A DNA stretch of 64,000 nt. Source: Actinomycetota bacterium (GTDB lineage Bacteria > Actinomycetota > JAHEXW01). The notes beneath the pieces were generated by a model. That model was given only the letters and a program-made list of their open reading frames with translations. It did no database searches and had not been told where the DNA came from. Both the position numbers and the translations under genes were made by a program. The stretch lies in contig JANXYU010000032.1 of the NCBI GenBank assembly GCA_025355855.1, positions 28,832 through 92,831 of the forward strand, given 5' to 3'. Shown here in pieces: positions 48,710 to 56,918 of this stretch (positions are counted from its first letter, which is position 1; each line of letters opens with the position of its first letter).

Positions 48710-49120
48710 GTGAATCACTCCTTCAATAGTGGTTGGTTGTTGTGTCTGACTGTTTTGTCTATTGGTTTTGCCATCGTGAATCATGTGTCGTGTAAATGTG
48801 TTTCAACTTGTACCTCCAAAAACAAAAATACCCCGCGTCCCATATTGGGACGAGAGGTATGCTCTCGCGGTGCCACCCAACTTCGTCTTCGGTATCACTA
48901 CCGGAAACCTTTCGACCTCTTCAGGTTGCCCTGGAAGGTCTAGCCCTTGGTAACGGAGGCTGCCGGCAAAGCCTACTGGCTCGTCTCAAGCTTTCGGTTT
49001 GCGTCTCCGGGGCCCATTCGATCGGCGATTTGGTCATTTCCGCTTCCACCATCCGGAACTCGCTATCGCCCTCTACCGACCTACTCTTCCCCATCACAGA
49101 CTTTCGTAGCGCTTATTCAA
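48710..49120 (-). ncRNA. candidate T-box riboswitch leader of trpB
   Basis: The minus-strand RNA contains AAGUUGGGUGGCACCGCGAG, matching the T-box consensus AGGGUGGNACCGCG, at 48863-48882. It is followed by a hairpin (CGUCCCA-AUA-UGGGACG, flanked by GC-rich pairs) and UAUUUUUGUUUUU at 48809-48860. Upstream are GA/K-turn-like UGAUGG and AGAGUAG motifs and UGG triplets in a candidate specifier region. The bulge UGGC implies a tRNA with discriminator G, consistent with Trp. Confidence 0.45.
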
Positions 49121-49434
49121 TTGTCCTTTTATTTTACGAGTCTGGTTAGGCAAAGTCAAGCCACGAAAAGGGCTTGTAATCAGCGGCTGTAGGTATACTA
49201 TTAAGGTATAGACAATGTCCGGGAGCAGATACAAGGCGACCCGAGAATCCGCCCGAACGCGGCGACATGATTTCGCTGCGTTGCGGAGACGGGGGGGCGG
49301 GCGCCAGGCAGAAGCCGTCAGATTTGAAGGATCCGGCCGCGTACGGCTAAAGGCACGGAACCTTGAGAGAAAACCCTTTACGGGCTGTGCTGATGGCGGT
49401 GCGAAGGCTCCCGGATTATTTATTTGGAGGTTAG

Positions 49435-49797
49435 TTGGCGTATCTTCTCTGGTTCATAACTGCTGCATGGGCAACCGTCATCTTCTACTTCTCAACACTG
49501 ACAGGCTCAAACGTTCCCTCTGTGTTGCCCGACTATATCCCGCATTTTATGGAATACGCTATTCTGGCAGGACTTCTTTGGTTCACCGTCCGGGCTACCA
49601 AAAAGCAATTGCCCCCAAGCCTGACCGGCCTGTGGGCAATTTGCTTAACTACTATTTACGCGGCCTCAGACGAGTGGCACCAATCATTCGTTCCCGGTCG
49701 CAATATGGATGTCAAGGACTGGGCTGTCGATACGTTGGCGGCAATCGCCGTCGCTGCGGTAATCGGTTATGTTATAGCTCGACGGTCACGCAAGTGA
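49435..49797 (+). CDS. VanZ family protein
   Basis: 120 aa with 4 TM helices and the VanZ-like conserved D/E and W positions (ASDEWHQSFVPGR). TTG start with GGAGG upstream. Confidence 0.65.
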   Translation: MAYLLWFITAAWATVIFYFSTLTGSNVPSVLPDYIPHFMEYAILAGLLWFTVRATKKQLPPSLTGLWAICLTTIYAASDEWHQSFVPGRNMDVKDWAVDTLAAIAVAAVIGYVIARRSRK

Positions 49798-50005
49798 GCG
49801 TACGCGACACGCCGTCGATCTTTTGGATCTTGGCGACAATCAGGTCACCGATGGCGCTGAAATTACTTGCTTCGATGTAGGCAATGGCGTCATAGGGACC
49901 CGTTACGGCGTTGACCATCTTGACACCCTGAATCTTCTCGATCTCTTTGACGATCTCCGTCGCTTTACCGGGTTCCGCGCTGATTAGAACAAAGGCTGTT
50001 ACCAC
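49772..50005 (-). CDS. stand-alone Lrp/AsnC ligand-binding (RAM) domain protein
   Basis: 77 aa resembling an AsnC-type C-terminal domain, with no HTH. It sits immediately downstream of hisI at the operon end. Confidence 0.5.
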   Translation of the reverse strand: MVTAFVLISAEPGKATEIVKEIEKIQGVKMVNAVTGPYDAIAYIEASNFSAIGDLIVAKIQKIDGVSRTLTCVTVEL

Positions 50006-50040
50006 GGTTAATCACCCCCCTTTAAACTCGCATTCTATCA

Positions 50041-50361
50041 CTATTGGTCGAGCGTGCGGAAGAAGCAAGACCGCTCGCCAGTATGACAAGCGGCGCCGAC
50101 CTGCTCGACCTTGACTAGCAAGGCATCCGCGTCGCAATCATATCGAATCTCGACGATCTTCTGCGTGTGCCCCGACGTCTCGCCCTTGTGCCAAAACTCC
50201 TGACGGCTTCGGCTCCAGTAGACTGTTTCGCCCATTTCGAGTGTCCGCCGCAAGGACTCTTTATTCATATAGGCTACCATTAGGACTTCGCCGTTGGCGG
50301 CGTCCTGGACGATGGCCGGAATCAAACCGTTGCTGTCGTACTTTAGATCCTTGATGTCCAT
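50041..50361 (-). CDS. hisI: phosphoribosyl-AMP cyclohydrolase HisI
   Basis: HisI core [21 protein letters not shown]...[17 protein letters not shown]. The start was reassigned to the ATG at 50361, which has GGAGG 5 nt upstream. Confidence 0.85.
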   Translation of the reverse strand: MDIKDLKYDSNGLIPAIVQDAANGEVLMVAYMNKESLRRTLEMGETVYWSRSRQEFWHKGETSGHTQKIVEIRYDCDADALLVKVEQVGAACHTGERSCFFRTLDQ

Positions 50362-50375
50362 GTGAACCTCCGTTA

Positions 50376-50454
50376 GGCATGAGCCTTGAGGCATGAGGCG
50401 CGAGTCTGTCTTTTTGCAGCGACGTGGCAAAAGAGCCCACTCATGCCTCGTGCC
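50376..50454. repeat. his-operon intergenic heptamer array, copy a: (GCRTGAG-like)x4 plus an inverted partial copy; hisF-hisI junction
   Basis: The array GGCATGAG-CCTTGAG-GCATGAG-GCGCGAG is followed by an inverted partial copy CTCATGCCTCGTGCC that overlaps the hisF stop. Together they form a GAGGCATGAG/CTCATGCCTC stem. Confidence 0.6.
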
Positions 50455-51212
50455 TATAATCTGACCTCAATGCCATTAGCGTTAAGGTACTCTTTTACCT
50501 GTCGAATGGTTAGCTCGCCGTAGTGGAAAAGACTGGCAGCGAGTACCGCGTCGGCGTTGGCTTCCTCGATTACTTCCAGAAAATGCTCCAACCGGCCGGC
50601 GCCGCCCGACGCGATGACCGGAATGTTAACAGCGTCTGTCACCGCCCGGGTAAGCGGGATATCGTAGCCGTCCTTGGTGCCGTCCCGATCCATACTAGTC
50701 AGCAAGATCTCACCGGCTCCCAAATCAGCGCAACGGCGCGCCCAATCAACCGCGTCGATGCCGGTGGCCGTTCTGCCTCCGTGCAGGAATATCTCCCATT
50801 TACCAGCGGCAGTTTGTTTGGCGTCAATCGCCACCACTACGCACTGACTTCCGAACTTGCTGGCGCCCGCGGTGATGAGCGTTTCATCGTCAACTGCCGC
50901 GGTATTCACGGTGATTTTGTCCGCGCCGGACTCCAGCATGCGGCGCATGTCTTCTAGGTTGCGGATGCCGCCACCGACGGTGTATGGAATGAACACTTTC
51001 TCCGCTGTCCGCCGGGCAACGTCGATCATAATATCGCGTCTTTCATGAGACGCCGTAATATCAAGAAAGACTAGCTCGTCAGCGTCCTGGCGGTCATACT
51101 CGGCGGCCATCTCCACGGGATCGCCCGCGTCGCGCAGCTGTACGAATTCTATCCCCTTGACGACCCGGCCTTCTTTAACGTCCAGGCAGGGAATGACCCG
51201 CTTGGCCAGCAT
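50454..51212 (-). CDS. hisF: imidazole glycerol phosphate synthase cyclase subunit HisF
   Basis: 252 aa with the conserved (beta/alpha)8 HisF sequence. Confidence 0.95.
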   Translation of the reverse strand: MLAKRVIPCLDVKEGRVVKGIEFVQLRDAGDPVEMAAEYDRQDADELVFLDITASHERRDIMIDVARRTAEKVFIPYTVGGGIRNLEDMRRMLESGADKITVNTAAVDDETLITAGASKFGSQCVVVAIDAKQTAAGKWEIFLHGGRTATGIDAVDWARRCADLGAGEILLTSMDRDGTKDGYDIPLTRAVTDAVNIPVIASGGAGRLEHFLEVIEEANADAVLAASLFHYGELTIRQVKEYLNANGIEVRL

Positions 51213-51944
51213 CTAGCGTGCCGCCTCGATTGCGTCTTGCAGACTAAACGCGCGCTCGTATAAGGCCTTGCCGACAATGACCCCTTCCACGCCGTCGGGC
51301 GCCAGCGCCTTCAGGTTCCGAATATCTTCCAGACTACCCACCCCGCCTGAGGCGGTGATCGGTATGCCGGCGGCGCGTGCCAGAGAACCCGTCGCCTCGA
51401 TATTGGGACCGACCTGAGTGCCGTCCCGAGTGATATCCGTGTAAATCAGCCGGTGTACACCTAAATCAGCCAGCCGCCGTCCTGTCGCAACGACATCTTC
51501 GCCCGTATCCTTTGTCCAGCCTTCGATCGCGACGTTTCCCTGCCGGCCGTCTAGCCCGACGACTATGCGATCGTCGAACATCTCGAGGGCGCGTTGAAAA
51601 AGGGCGGGTTCGGTAACGGCGATCGTACCCAGAACGACCTGGCCGACGCCTGATTCAATCAATTCTTTGATGGCTTCGATCGTACGCACGCCGCCGCCAA
51701 ACTGGACCGGTACATCCAGCACCTGCACGATCTTCGCGACCACGTCGGCGTTGGCCGGTTTACCCCGCCAAGCGCCATCTAAATCGATGACGTGGACGAA
51801 CTCCGCGCCTTGTTTCTGCCAGGTCAGCGCAACCGCCACCGGGTCTTCATCGTAGATGGTTACCTGGTCTTCCTTCCCCTGAAGCAGCCTGACGCAACGT
51901 CCGTCTTTGATGTCGATAGCCGGATAAATAATCATGATGAACAC
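51213..51944 (-). CDS. hisA: 1-(5-phosphoribosyl)-5-[(5-phosphoribosylamino)methylideneamino]imidazole-4-carboxamide isomerase HisA
   Basis: IYPAIDIKDGRCVRL...; GTG start per the track. Confidence 0.9.
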   Translation of the reverse strand: MFIMIIYPAIDIKDGRCVRLLQGKEDQVTIYDEDPVAVALTWQKQGAEFVHVIDLDGAWRGKPANADVVAKIVQVLDVPVQFGGGVRTIEAIKELIESGVGQVVLGTIAVTEPALFQRALEMFDDRIVVGLDGRQGNVAIEGWTKDTGEDVVATGRRLADLGVHRLIYTDITRDGTQVGPNIEATGSLARAAGIPITASGGVGSLEDIRNLKALAPDGVEGVIVGKALYERAFSLQDAIEAAR

Positions 51945-51950
51945 CGGGCA

Positions 51951-51979
51951 GGCATGAGGCGTGAGGCATGAGGCGCGAG
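51951..51979. repeat. his-operon intergenic heptamer array, copy b: GGCATGAG-GCGTGAG-GCATGAG-GCGCGAG; hisH-hisA junction
   Basis: Four tandem 7-nt units lie immediately upstream of the hisA start. The sense mRNA reads CUCAUGC x4 and carries no SD. Confidence 0.6.
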
Positions 51980-51987
51980 TCTGTATA

Positions 51988-52605
51988 TCATTTTACCTCC
52001 AATTCGGCGAAGTTCTGCAGAATACGCAGACCGTTAATACCGCTCTTTTCCGGGTGGAACTGAACTCCGAAGAGGTTGTCTTGCCACACCGCTGAGCAGT
52101 ACTCGACGCCATAAGTAGTGGTGCCGGCGACAATCGCCGGCGACACCGACTGCAAGTCCAGACAATACGAATGTGCCAGATAGAACCGAGAGTTGTCGGG
52201 CACCCCTTCGAACAACGGACAATCGGCCCGACGAAACTTGACATTATTCCAGCCCATCTCGGGGACTTTTACAGAATCAGGGAGCCGGACAATGCTACCC
52301 GGCGTGATGCCCCGTAGACCCGCGTCCGGCGATTCCTCGCTGGTCGCGAAGAACATTTGCAGACCGACACAGATGCCTAAAAACGGTTTGCCGAGCGCGA
52401 TGGTGTCGTAGATGGCTTCGTCTAGACCCTTGGCCTTTACCGACGCAACCGCATCTCCGTACGCACCCACACCCGGCAGGATCACCGCGTCCGCGGCCGC
52501 GACCTCAGCCGGCTCGTCGGTTACTAATGCCTGCGCCCCGACTGCTTCTAGCGCTTTCTGAACGCTTCTTAAGTTGCCGATACCGCAATCGATAATGGCA
52601 ATCAT
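51988..52605 (-). CDS. hisH: imidazole glycerol phosphate synthase glutaminase subunit HisH
   Basis: Class I GATase, MIAIIDCGIGNLRSV, with the catalytic Cys in GICVGLQ. Confidence 0.9.
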   Translation of the reverse strand: MIAIIDCGIGNLRSVQKALEAVGAQALVTDEPAEVAAADAVILPGVGAYGDAVASVKAKGLDEAIYDTIALGKPFLGICVGLQMFFATSEESPDAGLRGITPGSIVRLPDSVKVPEMGWNNVKFRRADCPLFEGVPDNSRFYLAHSYCLDLQSVSPAIVAGTTTYGVEYCSAVWQDNLFGVQFHPEKSGINGLRILQNFAELEVK

Positions 52606-52614
52606 AATCTGTTA

Positions 52615-52643
52615 GGTATGAGGCGTGAGGCATGAGACATGAG
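52615..52643. repeat. his-operon intergenic heptamer array, copy c: GGTATGAG-GCGTGAG-GCATGAG-ACATGAG; hisB-hisH junction
   Basis: Four tandem 7-nt units between the hisB stop and the hisH start, again with no SD on the sense strand. Confidence 0.6.
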
Positions 52644-52647
52644 CAAC

Positions 52648-53280
52648 CTAGAGCGTTCCCTTGGTGGACGGGATTCCTTGCACGCGGGGGTCGATCGATG
52701 TCGCCATATCCAACGCCCGACCGAGACCTTTGAAGATCGCCTCGATCAAGTGGTGCGCGTTATTGCCGGTCGCCAACGCTTGGACGTGCAGCGTCAAACC
52801 CATGTTGGCCGCCAAGCTTTTAAGGAATTCCTCGACCAAAGAGGTGTCAAAAGTCCCGATGAGTTCCACGGGGAGCTCGATATCATAGTTGAGAAGCGGC
52901 CGCCCGCTGATGTCGCACGCCACCAATACTAGACATTCGTCCATCGGCAACAGGCAGCTGCCATACCGGGTGACGCCATGCTTGTTGCCCAGCGCCCGGC
53001 TGATAGCCTCACCGATACAGATGCCGACGTCCTCAACCGTGTGGTGCGCGTCAACTGCCAGGTCGCCGTCCGCCTGAACGGTCAGATCGAAAACACCGTG
53101 CTTTGCGAACAGATCAAGCATGTGGTCGAAAAAAGGGATCCCGGTCGTAATGTCACTGGCTCCGGTTCCGTCCACAGTAAGCGACACTTTGATTTTGGTT
53201 TCCTTTGTTTCCCTGGTTAACGTGGCTTCTCTGGCTTCCATCGATTGCCTCCGGGAACTAGACGGCCTTAATGGCGTCAT
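52648..53280 (-). CDS. hisB: imidazoleglycerol-phosphate dehydratase HisB (IGPD only)
   Basis: IGPD motifs GIPFFDHMLDLF and DAHHTVEDVGI. There is no fused phosphatase domain. Confidence 0.9.
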   Translation of the reverse strand: MTPLRPSSSRRQSMEAREATLTRETKETKIKVSLTVDGTGASDITTGIPFFDHMLDLFAKHGVFDLTVQADGDLAVDAHHTVEDVGICIGEAISRALGNKHGVTRYGSCLLPMDECLVLVACDISGRPLLNYDIELPVELIGTFDTSLVEEFLKSLAANMGLTLHVQALATGNNAHHLIEAIFKGLGRALDMATSIDPRVQGIPSTKGTL

Positions 53281-54283
53281 TTACGTTTAATGATACTATA
53301 TCCGCGCCCTCGCGCTTAAACAGCGTGGTGTCCGCCCGGCGCAGCGGAGAAACGATAATGGCTGACACGAATACAGAGGTGGCATCTAGAACGAGATTAG
53401 CGTTCTTAACAACCAGCAGGTCATCTAGAACGTCACCTATGTACAACGTGACCTTGGCATTCAATGCTCTGGCTAGCTTCACGAGAGCGCCCGGGCGTGG
53501 TTTGCGCATCTCCGGAGCCAAGCCGGAATCATAAGCCACTCTTTCCCAGGGAATCATGTCGAGGAGACCGGCTCGTTCCAGACCAAGACGCGCTTCCTCT
53601 TCCGTCCGCCCGGTAAGAATACCCACTTTAGGAAGCCAAGGCTCGAGTAAGGCCGGATCGATCATAATGCGTTCATCGTTGAGCAAACCCTTACGTTTGT
53701 TGAAAGTGGGCACATGTCCGTACAGACGCTCGCAGTAATCGACGCCGCCATAGATCTCCTGAAACAGCGTTTCTAGCTTGCCCCGGTCATAGAGTTTCTC
53801 AATCCGCCCGCGCTGCTCCTTACTGAGTAGGGGGAACAAAACCGCCATGGCACCATGCATGCCGCCGCCAGCGCGTCCCGCCGCAGCCGTAAAGTCTTCC
53901 AGTGTCATCCCCTCGCGGCGCAAGACATGCGTCTCGCTCGTTTTCAGCAGTTCGGCTTGGGCGAGATAGAACATGACGGCGGCTGAGGATAAATCCCAAT
54001 CATTATTGTAGCCGCCGGCCAACTTGAAAAGCTGGGACTCGCTGGGCGTGACCAGGATTTCGCTACCAGCAAATCCCGCAAAACGGGTTAAGTACAGCTG
54101 AACGGTTTGGCTGATGGCGACACGGAAAGAACCGGCCACATCGATGACGACGCCATCGATGTCCAGAATAATGCTGTCGACCTGGTTGAGCAGACGAGCC
54201 TGATCGATCTTGCCCCAGACGTTACGGCTAAGTCGTCCGTAGCCATCGGTCGAGATGCTGCCGTTGTCGGCGGTGTCACTCAT
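53258..54283 (-). CDS. HAD-superfamily hydrolase within the his operon (candidate histidinol-phosphatase)
   Basis: HAD motifs DIDGVVIDV and GDVLDD. It sits between hisC and hisB, and hisB has no phosphatase domain. The start was reassigned to the ATG at 54283, which overlaps the hisC stop as ATGA. Confidence 0.55.
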   Translation of the reverse strand: MSDTADNGSISTDGYGRLSRNVWGKIDQARLLNQVDSIILDIDGVVIDVAGSFRVAISQTVQLYLTRFAGFAGSEILVTPSESQLFKLAGGYNNDWDLSSAAVMFYLAQAELLKTSETHVLRREGMTLEDFTAAAGRAGGGMHGAMAVLFPLLSKEQRGRIEKLYDRGKLETLFQEIYGGVDYCERLYGHVPTFNKRKGLLNDERIMIDPALLEPWLPKVGILTGRTEEEARLGLERAGLLDMIPWERVAYDSGLAPEMRKPRPGALVKLARALNAKVTLYIGDVLDDLLVVKNANLVLDATSVFVSAIIVSPLRRADTTLFKREGADIVSLNVNDAIKAV

Positions 54284-55362
54284 AACGACTCCCGCAAGGC
54301 CGTGAGGAAGGCGTTGTTTTCCGCCGGAGTTCCGACGGTGACCCGCAAGCAATTGTTCAGACCTGGCTTGCCGTTGAAGTTGCGAATCTGGACGCCCGCG
54401 CCCATCAGCTTGGCAAAAACAGCATCAGCGTCTGTCGCGGTCCGGAACAGAATAAAGTTAGCGCTGCTAGGAAACTGCGTAAGCCCGGCCATTACAGCCA
54501 GTGCGTCCGCCATACGGCCGCGTTCCGCTACAATCTCGTCGACAGCCGTCAAAATAGCTGCTCTGTTTTCCCAAACGACCGTCGCCGCGGCCATGGATAG
54601 CGAGTTCAGGTTATATGGTAATTTGACCTTGTCAAGGGCCGCGATAATGCCGGCGTCCGCGGTGACATACCCAACCCGCGCCGCGGCCAGCCGGAACGCT
54701 TTTGAGAAAGTCTTGACGACCGCCAAGTTTTTATACTTCAATACCAGCGGCAAACAGGTTTGGCCGGCGAACTCACCGTAAGCCTCGTCGACAACGACCA
54801 GGTAATCTCCGCCTCGGCAGACAGCCTCGATCGTTTTTATCGGTATCAAATTGCCGGTTGGATTGTTAGGGCTGTTCAAGAAAACAATTGAGGGTTTCGC
54901 GGCGGCGATAGCCGGCAGTTGAACGCCCGCGTCAAAATCATAAACCGCGTCAAGGTTGGAAAGGACAGTCTCAGTCGCCGCGATTCGAGTCAAGACGCCG
55001 TGCATGCTATAGGTCGGTTCAAACAGCATCGCGCTCCGGCCGGCGCCGCCGAAGGCCAGCAATAGGTTTAAGAGGACCTCGTTGCTGCCGTTTCCCAGCA
55101 TGATATTCTCCGGCGCGACGCCATTACCGTCCGCCAGGCTCCGCCGCAATCCAGTAGCCGCGATATCCGGGTAACGATTGAAATCAATGCCGTCGATCTG
55201 CGCCTGGACGGCGTCGACGACATCAGCCGAGAGGTTCCATGGGTTTTCATTTGAGTCGAGCTCCACCGCGGTGCGCAACAGCGGTACCGCGTATGGCTTG
55301 AGATTTTTAAGGTCATCCCGGACAGGCGGCGTCATCTGCCCGCCCGAATTCTCTTTATTCAT
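54280..55362 (-). CDS. hisC: histidinol-phosphate aminotransferase HisC
   Basis: 360 aa class II aminotransferase with the HisC-typical N-terminal LKPY motif and a PLP lysine region (in FSKAF). Confidence 0.9.
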   Translation of the reverse strand: MNKENSGGQMTPPVRDDLKNLKPYAVPLLRTAVELDSNENPWNLSADVVDAVQAQIDGIDFNRYPDIAATGLRRSLADGNGVAPENIMLGNGSNEVLLNLLLAFGGAGRSAMLFEPTYSMHGVLTRIAATETVLSNLDAVYDFDAGVQLPAIAAAKPSIVFLNSPNNPTGNLIPIKTIEAVCRGGDYLVVVDEAYGEFAGQTCLPLVLKYKNLAVVKTFSKAFRLAAARVGYVTADAGIIAALDKVKLPYNLNSLSMAAATVVWENRAAILTAVDEIVAERGRMADALAVMAGLTQFPSSANFILFRTATDADAVFAKLMGAGVQIRNFNGKPGLNNCLRVTVGTPAENNAFLTALRESL

Positions 55363-56623
55363 CGCTATCCACCCTATGCTCTAAGCTCTTCAGCCGCACC
55401 TCAATCGCCTGGGCGTGCTCGACCAGCCCTTCTGTCTTCGCCAGCACATCTACATCGGTCGCAGCCGCTCGCAGCGCTTCCTCCGAATAACGTATGACAC
55501 TGGTGCGCTTGACGAAATCATGGACGCTCAACGGCGACGCGAACCGCGCCGTACCGTTTGTCGGTAACGTGTGGTTCGGGCCGGCGATGTAGTCGCCAAT
55601 TACCGCTGGGGTAAAACTACCGATAAAGATGGCGCCGGCGTTGGTGATCATGCGAGCGACTGCGTCTGCGTCGTCGCACATGATTTCCAGGTGTTCGGGC
55701 GCGATTATGTCCGAGACGGTCACCGCGTCGTCAATCGTCTCGACCAGAATTATCTTTACGTTTCCCTGGGGCTTAAGAGAGCGAACCCGCTCCGCAAGGT
55801 TCGGACTATCGGTAACAAGAATAGATTGAGCCAACGGGTCATGCTCCGCCTGGGCGCGCATGTCTTGGGCGACGAATTCGGGACGCGCTGTCGCGTCAGC
55901 GATAATCAAAACTTCACTAGGCCCGGCCAGCATATCAATGCCCGCCTGCCCGAATATCTCGCGCTTAGCCATCGTCACATAGATATTGCCGGGCCCCGTT
56001 ATCTTGTCGACCCGGGGGATGGTGGTTGTACCGTAGGCCATGGCGGCAATAGCCTGCGCGCCGCCAACCCGGAAGACTCTATCAACGCCGGTTTCGACGG
56101 CAGAAGCTAATATATTCTCATTGACCTTGCCATTCTTACCCGGTGGCGTGCAGACGACAACCTCCCGAACGCCCGCGACCTTGGCCGGTATGGCGTTCAT
56201 CAGAACCGTCGAGGGATAAGGAAAGCGGCCACCCGGTATATAAAGCCCGGCGCGGTCCAGTGGGGTTACCCACTCCTCGACTAATATGCCATCGTTTTCC
56301 AGCCGCACAGATTCGACCTTAGCGGCCTCGCAAAAGCGGCGAATATTGTCGCTAGAGTGGCGTATAGCAGTTATCCAAGCCTGGTCAGCGTTCTTGTGCG
56401 CCGCCTCCAATTCGTCCCGAGAGACCTCAAAAGCGTCCGGCGCAATCACCGCGCCGTCAAACTTCTGCGTATACTCGGCCAGTGCCGCGTCACCGCTCGT
56501 CCGTACGGCCTCTATCACCTCGCGCACCGCCGGCAAAACAGCGTCGTCAACCAATGGCAGTCGCTCGATTATTTTAAGGACTGCTGCCGGGTCGATTGAC
56601 CCGACCAGCTCAATGATCTCCAT
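55355..56623 (-). CDS. hisD: histidinol dehydrogenase HisD
   Basis: 422 aa with a conserved HisD sequence that includes the Zn-binding His/Asp residues. Confidence 0.95.
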   Translation of the reverse strand: MEIIELVGSIDPAAVLKIIERLPLVDDAVLPAVREVIEAVRTSGDAALAEYTQKFDGAVIAPDAFEVSRDELEAAHKNADQAWITAIRHSSDNIRRFCEAAKVESVRLENDGILVEEWVTPLDRAGLYIPGGRFPYPSTVLMNAIPAKVAGVREVVVCTPPGKNGKVNENILASAVETGVDRVFRVGGAQAIAAMAYGTTTIPRVDKITGPGNIYVTMAKREIFGQAGIDMLAGPSEVLIIADATARPEFVAQDMRAQAEHDPLAQSILVTDSPNLAERVRSLKPQGNVKIILVETIDDAVTVSDIIAPEHLEIMCDDADAVARMITNAGAIFIGSFTPAVIGDYIAGPNHTLPTNGTARFASPLSVHDFVKRTSVIRYSEEALRAAATDVDVLAKTEGLVEHAQAIEVRLKSLEHRVDSDE

Positions 56624-56681
56624 AATACGTCCAGTTTAGCATACTCATAGATATCCTCAGCGGCGAGTGCCGACAGGGGCG

Positions 56682-56918
56682 TTAGGAGGGATGGACAGGA
56701 CCGGATTTGCGATAAACGTAGAGATAATAATTGATAGGCCAGCCTAGGATCATCTGCATCTTATAGCGTTCAGCGACCTCGGGCTCTGAGTCGACCCGTT
56801 TTAGCCAGTCAAATATCATCCAGGTCCAGAGAGCCAGCAGAGCGAATAGTATTATGGTCAGGAGGATGGCTGCGGTTAACAGGATAATCAGGATATTTAC
56901 GGCGGCAGGGTCGAGCAT
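56682..56918 (-). CDS. hypothetical small membrane protein (PLDc_N-like?)
   Basis: 78 aa with two TM helices and a GWPINYYLYVY motif. Assignment is weak. Confidence 0.35.
   Translation of the reverse strand: MLDPAAVNILIILLTAAILLTIILFALLALWTWMIFDWLKRVDSEPEVAERYKMQMILGWPINYYLYVYRKSGPVHPS

Noticed and set aside
48785-49434. Possibility of RNase P RNA, tmRNA, SRP RNA or 6S RNA in the long intergenic region
   Set aside because: Conserved motifs were looked for by eye (RNase P GGAAAGUCCGG / ACAGAACCCGGCUUA, the tmRNA tag reading frame and 3' tRNA-like end) and not found. The T-box motif explains part of the region.
48796-49880. Plus-strand ORFs (117, 81, 221 aa) in the trpB leader and vanZ upstream region
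   Set aside because: No RBS was found and the composition is biased. They overlap the T-box and terminator motifs and the vanZ gene. The region is better explained as structured non-coding RNA.
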